A stretch of 64,000 nucleotides of DNA from Diplonema japonicum (taxonomy: Eukaryota > Protista > Euglenozoa: Diplonemea), in the NCBI GenBank assembly GCA_964019335.1, contig OZ025736.1, positions 344,492 through 408,491 on the forward strand, in the 5' to 3' direction. This document shows, piece by piece, positions 34,629-45,503 of the stretch. The position numbers and the translations under genes were made by a program. Each line of letters opens with the position of its first letter. Position 1 is the first letter of the stretch. Below the pieces are notes generated by a model that worked only from the letters and a program-made list of their open reading frames with translations, was not told the DNA's origin and did not search any database.

Positions 34629-35705
34629 TTTATGTATATGGGTTAGGGAGCGTGTAGAGGGGGGGAGGGGGAGGGGGTGGGGTGGGTTGGGGGACCCCCT
34701 TTTTTTTTTTTTCCCCGAAAAAAAAAGAAGAAAAAAAAAAAAAAAAAAAAAAGCGGAGAGGGGGAGAGGTCAGGAAAAGAATAAAAAAATAAAAAAGCAG
34801 GATCATATAATTTTATACTGTATGGAACTGGAGGTTTTTCTTTTTCGTTTATCTTTCTTTGGGGGGGGGGGGGGGGGGGTTGAGCTTTTTTTTTGGTTTC
34901 TCTTTTTTTTTTTTTGAGTGCCTGAAGCTCCAGGAAAACTGTGGGGAAAAGGAAGGGGAGGGAAAAAAAAAACACAAAGGATCCACCAAATATAATAAAA
35001 GAAGGGGATGAATATTAAAAAAAAAAAAGAATTTCTTTTTTTTTTTTCCACGTCACACATCGCCAACTACTCTCTTCCCCCCTCCCCCTTTTTTTTCTCT
35101 TTTTTTTTCTTCTTCTTCATAGTGATTGTGATTGAGCAGAAGGTCAGAGAGGAGATAAGAAAAAAATAATATAAAAGATAAAGGGGGCCAGTGTTGGCGG
35201 CGCCCTGTACTTAATAACAGGAGGCGCACCTCGGCCGAGCTGTAGATTCGAGGAAGCTACTTTCTCTCAATTCAACTTTCAAAGAAAAGGCGATTTTGTG
35301 TGCAATAAAGTTTTGAAACTTGTCATTCCGTCTGGAGAGGGAGGAGGGAGGGGGTTCGCACTTAATGAGTACCGTACTTTCATATATTCTTTTTTTTTTT
35401 TTTTTTGCGAAGGTATTTATTTATTTCTTTACTTGCTTCCTCCTGTACCTGCACATCCAAAGAACAAAAGAGGGGAAAAAAGAAGTGAGAAAAAAAAACA
35501 AAACAAAAAAAGGGAGACGATAGTTTCCCCCCCCCCTTTTTTCTTTTCTTTATATTTTTTTACATGGGGACGATAGGTAGTCCCCCCCTTTTTTTTCTTT
35601 GTTTTTTTTTTTTTTTTTTCTTCTCACCATACTGGGAGAATTACTTTTTAGGGATTAAAACGTGAAAACGCTTTTCTTTTTTTTTTTTTTTTTTTTTTTT
35701 AAATA

Positions 35706-35793
35706 CTGTAAAACGAAAAACTCCCGGACGGAAAAATGTCCGAGTTTTTTTGGCGTCCGGGAATTTTTCCGTCCGACATTATTCGTTTTACAG
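35706..35793. mobile_element. 88-bp MITE with TA target-site duplication (Tc1/mariner-pogo type)
   Basis: TA|CTGTAAAACGAA ... TTCGTTTTACAG|TA, with an inner inverted pair CGGACGGAAAAAT / ATTTTTCCGTCCG. Confidence 0.75.
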
Positions 35794-35841
35794 TACTAAT
35801 ATAAAACATCCTCCCAGAAGAAAAAAAAAAAAATTCCTCCA

Positions 35842-36294
35842 TCAAGACATGACACAACAGTACTTAGATGGGGGGGTTAATTTATCTACAATCTCAGGTG
35901 CATCGTCAGCAGTGATACCCAAAGAGGGATCTATGTGGTGGAAGTGCAGAGGTGGCAGATCCAACGGCGCATCGTCGACAGCGACCCACTTCACAAGGTT
36001 GCATTGCTTCACATAAGCTAATACCTCATCCTCCCGGGTAGTACCAAGCACAGGGGTGCAACCAACATGGGATGGAAGCCCACATTTTAAGAGTTTCTCG
36101 CGTATTTCCTGTTCAGAGGTTCCCCGCCAGCTTGTAGATAACACGATTTGTGCATCCAGCGTTTTCACCAAAAATTTTAAAATGCTCACGGCACTTTCCA
36201 ACCAGAACTCGGTGGCGTCCGCCCTGTCCTCTTCAAGAGGACGCATCACACCATCGATGTCGAGAAATATCGTGGCACCCGGTCCCACGGACAT
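35842..36294 (-). CDS. Capless HAD hydrolase of the Swiss-Army-Knife RNA-repair type, with C-terminal CaaX
   Basis: IFLDIDGV (motif I), IVLSTSWR (motif II), WVAVDD (motif IV); ends CCVMS. Confidence 0.75.
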   Translation of the reverse strand: MSVGPGATIFLDIDGVMRPLEEDRADATEFWLESAVSILKFLVKTLDAQIVLSTSWRGTSEQEIREKLLKCGLPSHVGCTPVLGTTREDEVLAYVKQCNLVKWVAVDDAPLDLPPLHFHHIDPSLGITADDAPEIVDKLTPPSKYCCVMS

Positions 36295-36398
36295 TCATTT
36301 CCTGGAAAACGGTGTATTTTTTTTTTTTTTTTTTTTTTATTTCCCGACAAAAAAAAAAAAAAAAAAATTCTTTTTTTGGAGAAAATTGGAAAAAATTC

Positions 36399-38165
36399 TC
36401 ATAAACCGTATGCCCTCGAGTAGTAGTTTCGCCGTCCATCTCTCTTCGTTCCTTTTTTAAGCGGGGGGAGCGTCGGGCTCTTCATTGCATCGAACACAGC
36501 GTTGGACAGCTCTTGGTACACAACGCCAACAGGTTCCGGTTGGGGTACTGAGGTGAGACTGTAAGCCTTCCGTAGTTTCAAATGCTCAATCTCTTGTTGA
36601 ACCTCCTTAAGACGCAGGGTGAGCTGTTTTTGACGAGATCGAAGATGTGCACCGGGAGGGGTAGCGGGCCGTGCCCTTGCAGGCTGTTTCGGTGTTAAAA
36701 CTGAAAAGTTCACGGGGCCCTTTTTCTTCGGTTTCACCCCGAAGTAGTGCAGATTGTGTAGAACGTTTCCAACGTCAAGCACAGCTCCCAATCTTAAAAG
36801 GACACTTCTCCTTTCCTTCGCGTCTTCGGGAAGGCCGTGTTCAACACCGCCAAACCATATTTTCCCCTTCCGGACTTCGGTTTTATCGATGTCCTTTACC
36901 TTGCCGTGTGTTAGAAGCTGTGCTTTACCGGGTACTACTTTGATTTCTATGTTCCGAGAGGGGCCGGTTTTTGTGGTGTATTTCACAGTAAACACAACTT
37001 GCTTTGTTGCCGAAGTGTCTTTTGCTAGGTCGTCCTTCTTGCGACGCTTTGCCGCCTCAGAGCTGCTGATGAGCTTCGGAAGCTCGCTTGCATTCACTTC
37101 TTTTTTATCGTATCTTTCAAGAAGTGTGAAGACCTTGTTGTACAGTTCGTCAGTCCATTGTTTCGTGCCTTGTTTCAAGACACCCCCTCGGCTCGGAGTC
37201 ATGTTGAGCAGACGGATTTCTTCTGGCGTGGTTTTTACAAAATCGGGAGGGGTGTCCCCCCGCAGCTCGGCTTGTCTTGCCGCGGTTGTTTTCAACTTCG
37301 CCACCCGGAGCAGTTCTTGTTCCAACTGCGTGACATCATTCACATGCTTTGCCCATTGCTGTGTTGTGCTGCGGGGTGATGGCGACGCTGTTTCCCTTAA
37401 AGGAGACAGTGCACGTTCAGCTTCCATAGCAGTGCGTCCTCTTGACGCTGATTTGTCGGCCTTTAGCAACCGGTCGATTTCTTTCTCAAAATGTTCGGTT
37501 TTCTTCTGGATGTCCTTGCTTGTTTTGTGGGTTATCACGGCCTCTTCCGCGGTTTTCAACTCCTCCAGAATCTGTAGCTTTGCAGATGGGTCTGTTTCTT
37601 TCGCTGCCTTTTCCCTCAAGGACGCTGCGGCGGCGATGAGCGCAGCTTTTGTTTTTCGAATTTCGTTTAGTTCTGTGCTGACGTGGTCCAGCTGTTTTCT
37701 GTTCGCTTCTTCTTGCTTGATACGGTGGGTGTGTTCTTCCATCATTTGCTGTCGTGAGTATTTTGCGCGTATTGATTTGAGCTCTTGTTTCTGTCCTGTC
37801 TCATGAAGTTGTCGGGTTTTTGTGTTTTTTCGCTGTGAGATTTCAGCCCTCCAGCCTCTTATTCTTCGTTCCTCGTCTCTGGTCAGTTTTACGCATGTTG
37901 TTTGCTCCGTCTTGTTGAGATCCCTTTCCATGTTTTCCAGTTTTTCGTGCAAGTTGAGGACGTCCTCGCCCAGTTCTTGGTGCGCTCCTACGTTGCCGTC
38001 TTCCTTTGCAACGCGCATTTTTTCGGTTTTGTCTCTTATCTCTGTCTTGACCGCCTTCACCTCCTCGCGATAGGTCTTTCTCCTTTCTCTCCGCTCCTCT
38101 TCATATTTCTCGACAAGTTTCTCCTTCTCCAATGCCTTGCACAGAAATTCCTTGTCACTCACCAT
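36399..38165 (-). CDS. Coiled-coil hypothetical protein (588 aa)
   Basis: Long open frame with E/K/R-rich helical N-terminal half; acceptor-like TTCTCACCACAG just upstream. Confidence 0.7.
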   Translation of the reverse strand: MVSDKEFLCKALEKEKLVEKYEEERRERRKTYREEVKAVKTEIRDKTEKMRVAKEDGNVGAHQELGEDVLNLHEKLENMERDLNKTEQTTCVKLTRDEERRIRGWRAEISQRKNTKTRQLHETGQKQELKSIRAKYSRQQMMEEHTHRIKQEEANRKQLDHVSTELNEIRKTKAALIAAAASLREKAAKETDPSAKLQILEELKTAEEAVITHKTSKDIQKKTEHFEKEIDRLLKADKSASRGRTAMEAERALSPLRETASPSPRSTTQQWAKHVNDVTQLEQELLRVAKLKTTAARQAELRGDTPPDFVKTTPEEIRLLNMTPSRGGVLKQGTKQWTDELYNKVFTLLERYDKKEVNASELPKLISSSEAAKRRKKDDLAKDTSATKQVVFTVKYTTKTGPSRNIEIKVVPGKAQLLTHGKVKDIDKTEVRKGKIWFGGVEHGLPEDAKERRSVLLRLGAVLDVGNVLHNLHYFGVKPKKKGPVNFSVLTPKQPARARPATPPGAHLRSRQKQLTLRLKEVQQEIEHLKLRKAYSLTSVPQPEPVGVVYQELSNAVFDAMKSPTLPPLKKGTKRDGRRNYYSRAYGL

Positions 38166-38209
38166 AATTTCATCTACCTGTGGTGAGAATCGAGGTTTTT
38201 TAGAAGAAG

Positions 38210-38243
<34 letters not shown>

Positions 38244-38299
38244 CGACGCGTTTGAAAAAGCATCTGGGAGAAGAATGAAAAAAAAAAAAAAAAAAAAAA

Positions 38300-40016
38300 G
38301 GGAAAAACACCATTCACGGTAAGCAAATAACTTTTTTCCACCGTTTCCTTAAACCTAAAATTTGTTTTCCACCAAGTACGGTAACCTGTAACTTTTTTCC
38401 ACCAAGTACGGTAACCACAACTTTTTTTCCACCGTTACTGTAATCATCATGTTATCATCAAGTTTTTCCCTTATGCAACTACAAACTTTTTTTCCACCAA
38501 ACACGGTAACCTGTATCATTTTTATGCCTGATTAGGGTTTATCATAAAATGTAGTATGAGGTGCAAAAATAATGATGGCATGGCAAAATTAAAGGAAAAA
38601 GACCCCAGGCGGGAGGGGAGGGGGAAGGGGGGGGACTACCCTGAAGGCTGGGTCTTCAACTGGGAAAGAACTTCGAGGAGTAACTGGGACTGAACCCCAC
38701 CAGTTGAGAAATGGGGGTTCCTGAAGGTTGCAGCATTGTGCCCAATCTTTCTGCATTTGCTGCACATATTCTTCCCCTCCCCCTCACTCCGCTTCCTCTT
38801 CGCCGGCCTGCCTATTTGTGACTTTGTCACGAAGGGGGGCGAGGGGTGGAGGAGTACATCAGACGCCATGCAGAGACCTTGAGAGGTCTGACGTGCCTTT
38901 TGAAACCTTTCGGGCCACAGCGCAGATGTGGACACAAGGTATACCCAACACCTGCAGCTCACAGCAAGTGCACCCAATTCTCCCATGTGCCCATTCTGCG
39001 TACTTAGCGGAATTGATTTCCCTTACGTCAAAAACAGCCTCTTCCAGGTCGCTGACGTCGTGGGCGCACCACAACTTGGAGCGGTTGTACGCCTTCCCTA
39101 CCTTCTCGGCAGAGTCGGGTATTCGATCTTCCGTGGAGGTGATCATTTTCGCGTCCCTAAGGCGGATCCACTCATACAAGAAAGGATGTTTAGGCCACGT
39201 GCCTCACGCAAAACCTGGGAAAGTAAGGTACGAAATTTGATACCTTGTTGTGGCTCTCGACAAAATTCGTCGAACAGTCCCCGAAGGTGCAGACTGGAAC
39301 ATGTGTGCCCAGTGCTCCAAGGGCTCAGCCAATAAGTACTTGAGCACGGCTTTGCCCATTTGAGTGTTCTCAACCTTTCTTTTGTTTCAAACGGGCAAAA
39401 GTTAAAATACCTCGTCTCTGGCTTTCTTGAAGTTATCTTGCGAAATAGCTTTCAGAAAAGGTTCTTCCCATTGGTTCTGAACCCCGGTTGGGCCTGCACG
39501 TTCCCCCCAAGGTGCACACAGCACCTACCGATGTGGCAGTCCTTGGACTCCTTCTTGAGGACCTTTTCGGGGCCTTTCTGCAGGTATTCTTACTTTGCCC
39601 ATCTTGAAATGAGAAAAAAAAAAGGTTGCAAATACTCGAAAATACAAAAAAAAGATCCAAAATTTTCGAAAAACTAAAAATGGGAACAATAGAAAGGTTT
39701 CATGGGAAAGTGTAAAAAAAGTTCTGGGTTACCGCGAATGGTGGGAAAAAAGTTTTGGGTTTCCATACTTGGTGGAAAAAAAGTTATGGGTTTCCGTACT
39801 TGGTGGGAAAAAAGTTCTAGTTACCGTACTTGGTGGAAAAAAAGTTGTGGGTTACCGTGGATGGTGGAAAAAAAGTTCCTACATGGTTTAGTGGAAATAA
39901 GATTAGGTTACCAGTGGAAACTTTATTAAAAAAAACCGTTTTGGTGGAAAAAAAAGTTATGATTACCGTACTTGGTGGAAAAAAGTTATTTGCTTACCGT
40001 GAACGGTGTTTTTCTC
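38300..40016 (-). mobile_element. Mutator/MULE DNA transposon relic inserted in a poly(A) tract
   Basis: 43-bp TIRs G(G/A)GAAAAACACC(A/G)TTCACGGTAAGCAAATAACTTTTTTCCACC with 2 mismatches; subterminal TTTTTTCCACCAAGTACGGTAACC repeats inverted at the two ends; A-runs on both flanks. Confidence 0.88.
38636..39610 (-). pseudogene. Frameshifted MULE transposase fragments
   Basis: SWIM finger CTCCELQVLGIPCVH, GRPAKRKR and zinc knuckle CSKCRKIGHN in different frames. Confidence 0.75.
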
Positions 40017-40082
40017 AAAAAAAAAAAAAAAGCTTTTTTTTTTTTTGTTCCGTTAATAGATAATTTCTGTGACTTCTCGTTT

Positions 40083-41066
40083 TCACACCAAGGTCTGCGA
40101 GCTATACTGTGTGAACAGTCTGTCGATATCCAGAGGGTCTCCGGAGATGCTCTCGGGCTCCTTCTTACTGCCGTTGGTTTCTTGGGGTTGCTGCGTGAGG
40201 AGTTGTTGGGAATACGCAATTTCCTCCTCGCGAAGCCGTTTTCTTGTGGACGCCATGTCTTTTTTCACTTTTTTCCGCTCGTACTGTTCCCTGTCTCGCA
40301 TCATCTTTTTGGAGTGGAGGACTAAAGCAGTCCATGAGAGAGGCTCCGCACAGGACGGGCACGGAGGGTTGTTCTTGGGGATGACAGATTTTTCCGATTC
40401 AGGCCCGGTGTTGAGGGAGAAATACCTCGCAAAACACGGTGGGTGCGAAATAAGCGTGCAGCTGGAGGCGGAGCAAAGAAGCGTCTCTTGAGAGGGAACC
40501 TTGCCCTCGCAAAAATAACAGATTTCCGTTAGTTTTTCAAAAGCCTCGTCTTGCTGAGATGTGTACACTCTGTGCTTGTTCAGAGTGTCCCACGAACCGT
40601 ACTCAAAGAGGAGCTGGTCAGGGTGCGAAGGGAGGGAAGCGTGTTTTTTCACAGCCTTTTCAGATAGCCTCTCGAACCGATCCTGCAGGAACACGTGAAG
40701 TGTCAGACTAAGCCCAGCCCACGGGGGGCACAGCAACAAGTGTCTTAAGATGGCTATTTTATCTGCTACGTGTAGGAGGTTTCCCTTCATCCCTTCAACG
40801 CGGTCTCGTAGAACCTTTGCCTTTTTCGGGTTCTGCCACGCCCACTCGAATTGCAACGCCGTGATTTTCGCGGGAAATCCGTGCACGCAGAACACCATTC
40901 TCCACGGGCGCTTGCGTCTTGTTTGTGCTGCTCCGTTCGGCAGCTCACCGTTGTGCTGCTTTATCCTCGTCTCAGGGTTGCACGTGAATCCGATATAGCT
41001 GAATTCCGGCCATTTAGGGTTCTCGCACTCTAGACAGTACACCGCGTAGAACCCTGCATCAGACAT
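40083..41066 (-). CDS. SLX1: Structure-specific endonuclease subunit SLX1 (GIY-YIG plus RING-like domain)
   Basis: FYAVYCL...YIGFTCNPETRIKQHNG...RKRPWRMV...GFP....ALQFEWAWQNP; C-terminal Cys/His cluster. Start taken at MSDAGF after a CAG acceptor. Confidence 0.9.
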   Translation of the reverse strand: MSDAGFYAVYCLECENPKWPEFSYIGFTCNPETRIKQHNGELPNGAAQTRRKRPWRMVFCVHGFPAKITALQFEWAWQNPKKAKVLRDRVEGMKGNLLHVADKIAILRHLLLCPPWAGLSLTLHVFLQDRFERLSEKAVKKHASLPSHPDQLLFEYGSWDTLNKHRVYTSQQDEAFEKLTEICYFCEGKVPSQETLLCSASSCTLISHPPCFARYFSLNTGPESEKSVIPKNNPPCPSCAEPLSWTALVLHSKKMMRDREQYERKKVKKDMASTRKRLREEEIAYSQQLLTQQPQETNGSKKEPESISGDPLDIDRLFTQYSSQTLV

Positions 41067-41146
41067 CCTGTCGGGGGGGGGGGGGGGGGGGGGGGGGGGT
41101 GGACAAACATAAAAAAAAAGAAAAAAAAAATTCCTCCCTTTTTTCA

Positions 41147-42031
41147 TCAACGTGTTCCAAGAGAGACCAAATCAGCGACGCCCTCAGACACATAAGTAGG
41201 TTTGGCGTCTGATCCATCGACATCGCACTCCTTCTGAAACCCCGTGAGGACAAGCAAGGTGTCGATCCCAGCAGCTTGCCCAAAACGGATGTCAGTGTCA
41301 ATCCTGTCGCCGACCATCAGGGTGGTCGCGGGGGAAATAGACGGGAAGGCTTTCTCGATGATGGAGAACAAGAGCGGGTTGGGTTTACCGCAAACAGCGG
41401 ATGGAGGTTGGGTGGTGTTCGCAGTAATGGCAGCTGAGAGAGCAGCGGCCTCAGGCATCGCCTTACCATTGATAGGGATCACAGCGTCCGGGTTGGTTAG
41501 GACATGGAGGGGGTAAGTACCGTCTGGTTTCGCAGTGCGAAGATGTACAATTGCACGGGCGAGCTTTACCATTGAAAAACCAAAGTCCATTCCCACTACT
41601 ACAGCGTCTACTGGGCCAACATCTTTGCCAGCCTCCTCGTCTGGGTTGTAAATTTTGTCAGATGGGTCAGATGTAACTTCTGCTACTTTTTCCAGTTCGT
41701 TTTGAAGTCCGTTTTGACCGATCATGTAAATTTTTTTCACGGATCCCAGGCTTTCCAGGTATTTTGCTGTCGCGTAGCCTGATGAGAAGACCTCTTCTTC
41801 CTTCACGGTGATGCCCATCTTCGCAAACTTTGCGACGTACTCTGACCTGTCCTTCGTGCTGTTGTTCGACACGAAAAGGACGCGCTTCCCCGTGTCCTGC
41901 AGCTCCTTGATCGCCTCCTTAACCCCCTCCAACGGAGCGGCACCACACCATATGACTCCGTCACAGTCAAACAGAAACGTTTCGTACTTTGCGAGGAGCT
42001 CCTTGGCTGCCTCGGTGGTTGTGATCTTCAT
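41147..42031 (-). CDS. HAD IIA phosphoglycolate/4-nitrophenyl phosphatase (PGP/Pho13-like), 294 aa
   Basis: FLFDCDGVIW, FVSNNSTK, TNPD, CGKP, MVGDRIDTDIRFG, LLVLTG. Confidence 0.9.
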   Translation of the reverse strand: MKITTTEAAKELLAKYETFLFDCDGVIWCGAAPLEGVKEAIKELQDTGKRVLFVSNNSTKDRSEYVAKFAKMGITVKEEEVFSSGYATAKYLESLGSVKKIYMIGQNGLQNELEKVAEVTSDPSDKIYNPDEEAGKDVGPVDAVVVGMDFGFSMVKLARAIVHLRTAKPDGTYPLHVLTNPDAVIPINGKAMPEAAALSAAITANTTQPPSAVCGKPNPLLFSIIEKAFPSISPATTLMVGDRIDTDIRFGQAAGIDTLLVLTGFQKECDVDGSDAKPTYVSEGVADLVSLGTR

Positions 42032-42064
<33 letters not shown>

Positions 42065-42563
42065 CCTTTTTTTTTTTTTTCCCGACATATTTTTTTTTTG
42101 AAAAATAGAAAGAAAGAAAGAGAGAAAAATATCATTACGTTCTGTGTGAAGAGGGGAGAGAGAAAAAAAAAAAAAATTCTTTTTCTCTTTTTTTAAAAAT
42201 TGGGATAAAGCGCTCCATATTCGCTAAGTGACCCGCCCTATGTCCCAAAGGGGTTATAGGGGGCTATAGGGGAAAAAATGTCAAAAATGCCCAAAGGTTC
42301 ATTGAATTCTTTTTTTTCAAAAAATCCATGTGTCGAACATGAAAGAACGGTGAGTTCCAAGGAAGTTCCAAAAAGATTTTTCCAAAAAAAAAAAATATTG
42401 GGGGCCAACCAAAATGACCTTGGAAGTCGCCATTTTGGGTTTTGGCCATTTTTGCCAAACTTTTGCAACTGGGCACTTTTCCCTTTGAAAACATGGTTAA
42501 CAGGGTTCGATCCCAGAAGCCAGCATCTTCCTGACCAGTAGTTCAGCCGAAAATATTTTCGAA

Positions 42564-42632
42564 GGCATAGTAGTCTAGTTGGGGGGGCTTTGCCCTGTAC
42601 CTAGGCGAAGCGGGTTCAAACCCCACTCCAGC
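42564..42632 (+). pseudogene. Degenerate tRNA-like cassette
   Basis: A box TAGTCTAGTTGG (42571), stem TTGCC-CTGTACCTA-GGCGA, B box GGTTCAAACCC (42613). Confidence 0.4.
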
Positions 42633-42807
42633 GGATTTTTTAAGGCTCACCACAGGGGACTTATTCTGTGTTTATTCATCACAGTGTTGATGGGCTGAGG
42701 CGCGGCGTGAGTGCGTATCGCGGAGGACATCTGGTGTGGAAAGAAGGGACCTACTCCACTCACTATGCAGGATGCCTGAGTAAAGATGGGGGGTCAGAGT
42801 TTTGAAT

Positions 42808-42890
42808 TCCTGTGTGGTAGAGTGGTTACTGTGCTCACCTGTCAGGCCCCCTTGTTCCAGGAGTCGCGGGTTCGAATCCCGACGCAGTGC
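42808..42890 (+). pseudogene. tRNA-Asp(GTC)-like pseudogene / Pol III cassette
   Basis: TCCTGTG-TGGTAGAGTGG (A box)...CT-GTC-A...GGGTTCGAATCCC (B box)-GACGCAG followed by T6; anticodon stem broken or interrupted. Confidence 0.55.
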
Positions 42891-43173
42891 TTTTTTCATC
42901 AGGGTTCGAACCCCACTTGTGCTGTGTTTTTTCCACCGGAGCTGCTTCATTTTGTATAGTACAAAGTAAGGCAAATCACCAAAAAAAATCTTATTACAAA
43001 AAAAAATTCCATATGTCGAACATTGGGCTCCGGACGCAAATAAATCCATTCCAGCCCTAGAAAAAGAAATTAGAAATTTTTTTAGCTCTTCAAAATGCGG
43101 GTTCTGGTGGGTCACTTAGCGAATATAGAGCGTAAAAAAAGAAAAAGAATTCTTAAAAAAAAAATAAAAAAAA

Positions 43174-44037
43174 TCAACCACCATGTTGGCGCAAGAATGC
43201 CGCGGTGGTTTTGTGCCCGTTGCTCGATGCTACCTCGCGCGGGGTCAATCCCTTGTTGTTCTTAACACGAGGGTCTTGCTGGTACTCCCCGACCAAGGCC
43301 CTCACAACATCGATAAAACCGTTCCGCGAGGCCCCAAAGAGCGCCGTCCAGCCATCATTGCTCACCACACCAGGGTCCTGCCCACACTCATCAATCAGAT
43401 ACTTTAAAATATCCAGATGCCCGCTACGTGCCGCCCCGTAAAGTGGTGTCCAACCATCCCTGCTACGTGTACCGGGGTCTTGATTATGGACATCAACGAA
43501 ATATTTCACAATCTGTAAGTGCCCGTTTCGAGCACCTCCATATATTGGGGTGTACCCCTCGAAGCTTGGGACGCCTGGGTTTTGATTTTTGTCATCAATG
43601 AGATATTTAACGATGTTTAAATGGCCGCTTCGCGAGGCGGCGTAAAGAGGAGTCCAGCCATCGCAACTTACCACACCGGGGTCTTGATTGTATTTGTCTA
43701 TCAATAGCTTCACCATGTCAATATGTCCGTTCCGTGCTGCTGTGTAAAGTGGTGTGTAACCGTTGTTATCACCTGTGGCAGGGTTTTGCTTGTGGATGTC
43801 TGCTAGAAAAACAACTATTTCCGCATTGTTCGCAGCGGCGGCTGTGTGCAGAACTGTGCGGCCGTCCTTGTTCACCGCACCTGGATCAAGGCCGAACTCA
43901 CTTATAAGCCGTTTCATGTCTGACAGACCCCCATCTGAGGCTGCACGGTGGATCGTAAGTCTTCCTTCTTCTTCTGTTAGTGCTTCCGTGGGAAGGTCTA
44001 ACCGACGCCTCTTGCTCTGGGGTTGTTCTGCGGCCAT
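43174..44037 (-). CDS. Ankyrin-repeat protein (about 7-8 repeats) with N-terminal NLS-like KRRRL
   Basis: Repeated G(Y/W)TPLY.A.R.GH..IVKYLID units with 34-aa period. Confidence 0.9.
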   Translation of the reverse strand: MAAEQPQSKRRRLDLPTEALTEEEGRLTIHRAASDGGLSDMKRLISEFGLDPGAVNKDGRTVLHTAAAANNAEIVVFLADIHKQNPATGDNNGYTPLYTAARNGHIDMVKLLIDKYNQDPGVVSCDGWTPLYAASRSGHLNIVKYLIDDKNQNPGVPSFEGYTPIYGGARNGHLQIVKYFVDVHNQDPGTRSRDGWTPLYGAARSGHLDILKYLIDECGQDPGVVSNDGWTALFGASRNGFIDVVRALVGEYQQDPRVKNNKGLTPREVASSNGHKTTAAFLRQHGG

Positions 44038-45227
44038 ATTTTTTTTTTTTCCCCCGCTTTTTTTTTTTTTTTTTTTTTTTGTTTTTTTGATTTTTTTCCC
44101 CCAGATTTGAAGGGTAAGCTTGAAGGGAGAACATAATAATAGTTTGCTTAAAAAAGAAAAGAAAAAAAAGAAATGTGGAGGTGAGAGACAATGAGGGAGA
44201 GAGAATGTTCTGTGTGGGGTGGGAGGAGGGGGGCATGGTGATCGAAGTTGAACTTAGATAGCGCCGATAGGGAGGGGGTTTTTTTTTATTTTATTTTTTA
44301 AAAAGTTAATTAAAATGCAATATGGGGTTTCTTTTTTTCTTTTTTTCTTTTTTCTTTTCCCCCTTCCCAGATCCCCCTCGATTCATTCGGGTTTGCGGGG
44401 TTTTCAAAAGGAACCGAAAAAAACCTTTCCAGAGATCGACAATGCCTCTGAGAGACCCGCCCACCGACAAACCTTTCACCTTTTTTTTTTTTTTTTTTTT
44501 TTTTTAAATTCTTCTCATCTCAAATAGAGCAATACAGTAAACCACTTAATTTTACCTTATCCCCATCGCATTTTCTCTCTCTTTTCTTTGCATGAATTAA
44601 AAAAAAAAAAGGTTTACAACAGCCACCCCCCCTTTTTAAATTCATTTATTTTTTCCCCTTCTTTTTTCTCTCTCGCCGATATGTTCTCTCGTACTTGACC
44701 CCTTGCCCGACAGGCTGCTTGGTGCAACCCAAAGGTATTTGTCTCCAGACTTGGGAAAGACTAGAAGGATTGGGAGCCTGGGGGGGGGGGGGGGGGAGTT
44801 TTTTTTGGTTTTTTCTTTTTTTTTTCTCCTTCTCTCTTTTCTTTAAAAGAAAAAGAAAGAATGGATAGGGGCAAAAAAAAAATAAGGCGGACTACCCATA
44901 CTTTTTTCTTCTGCATCCCCCCCCCCTCTTTTTTCTTTCTCCCCATAGACGAACTCGTTCTTGACAACTTGTTCCCCTATATAAAAGTATACAAATTAAC
45001 AGTTTTTTTTTTTTTTTTTTTTTTTTTTAAACATTGTTTTTTTTTTTTTTTCTTTCCGTCACGGATGTTAAAATAAATTGTAAATCAACAAAATGCGGTT
45101 CGAGTTTCCTTTTTTTTTTCCCCCCCTCCCTTCAATCACCCCAAAGTGTACCATAAAGTACAACGTAAACGGAAAGTGTTTGCAGAACACCTATCTAATG
45201 CCTATGCCCTTGGTGACAGTGGCACGG

Positions 45228-45296
45228 CCTGGGGACTGAAACATGACGTCTCGTACAAGGGAGGTGTCGTCACGCACCCTAGCTGACCGAAGGTCT
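45228..45296 (+). repeat. Repeat family A, copy 3
   Basis: CCTGGGGACTGAAAC...CTCGTACAAGGGAGGTGTCGTCACGCACC...GACCGAAGGTCT. Confidence 0.65.
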
Positions 45297-45393
45297 TTTT
45301 TTTTTTTTTTTTGCTGCACTCAAAAAAAAAGGGGATTTAAAAAAAATAAAACAAACAATTTTCTTCTTTCACCCCCCCCCCCCCCCCCCCCCT

Positions 45394-45467
45394 TCAAACA
45401 GGATCATCATCGGCAACCGTGGGAAGAGGAATCCGGTGGCCTCCGGGCATAGCACGAGCCATTTTCT

Positions 45468-45503
<36 letters not shown>

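Larger units (their letters stand above)
42211..43132. mobile_element. 922-bp non-autonomous TIR DNA element carrying tRNA-like cassettes
   Basis: 27-bp TIRs CGCTC(C/T)ATATTCGCTAAGTGACCC(G/A)CC with 2 mismatches; internal direct repeat CCAT(G/A)TGTCGAACAT near 42326 and 43009; no transposase. Confidence 0.8.

Noticed and set aside
36754-37806. 350-aa + strand ORF (likewise 13567-14352 and other antisense ORFs)
   Set aside because: Antisense to real genes; Ser/Phe/Leu-rich mirror composition.
39726-39990. Regularly spaced ~30-bp repeats resembling a CRISPR array (also 38331-38512 and 26512-26585)
   Set aside because: No unique spacers and no cas genes; these are transposon subterminal or tandem repeats in a eukaryotic genome.
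42032-42088. Poly-Lys/Phe N-terminal extensions in the ORF track (PGP, SLX1, kinase, transporter, 62763 ORF)
   Set aside because: Read-through of leader homopolymers; homology begins at downstream ATGs.
42808-42890. Functional tRNA-Asp gene
   Set aside because: Acceptor stem is incomplete and the anticodon stem does not close; kept only as a pseudogene-like cassette.
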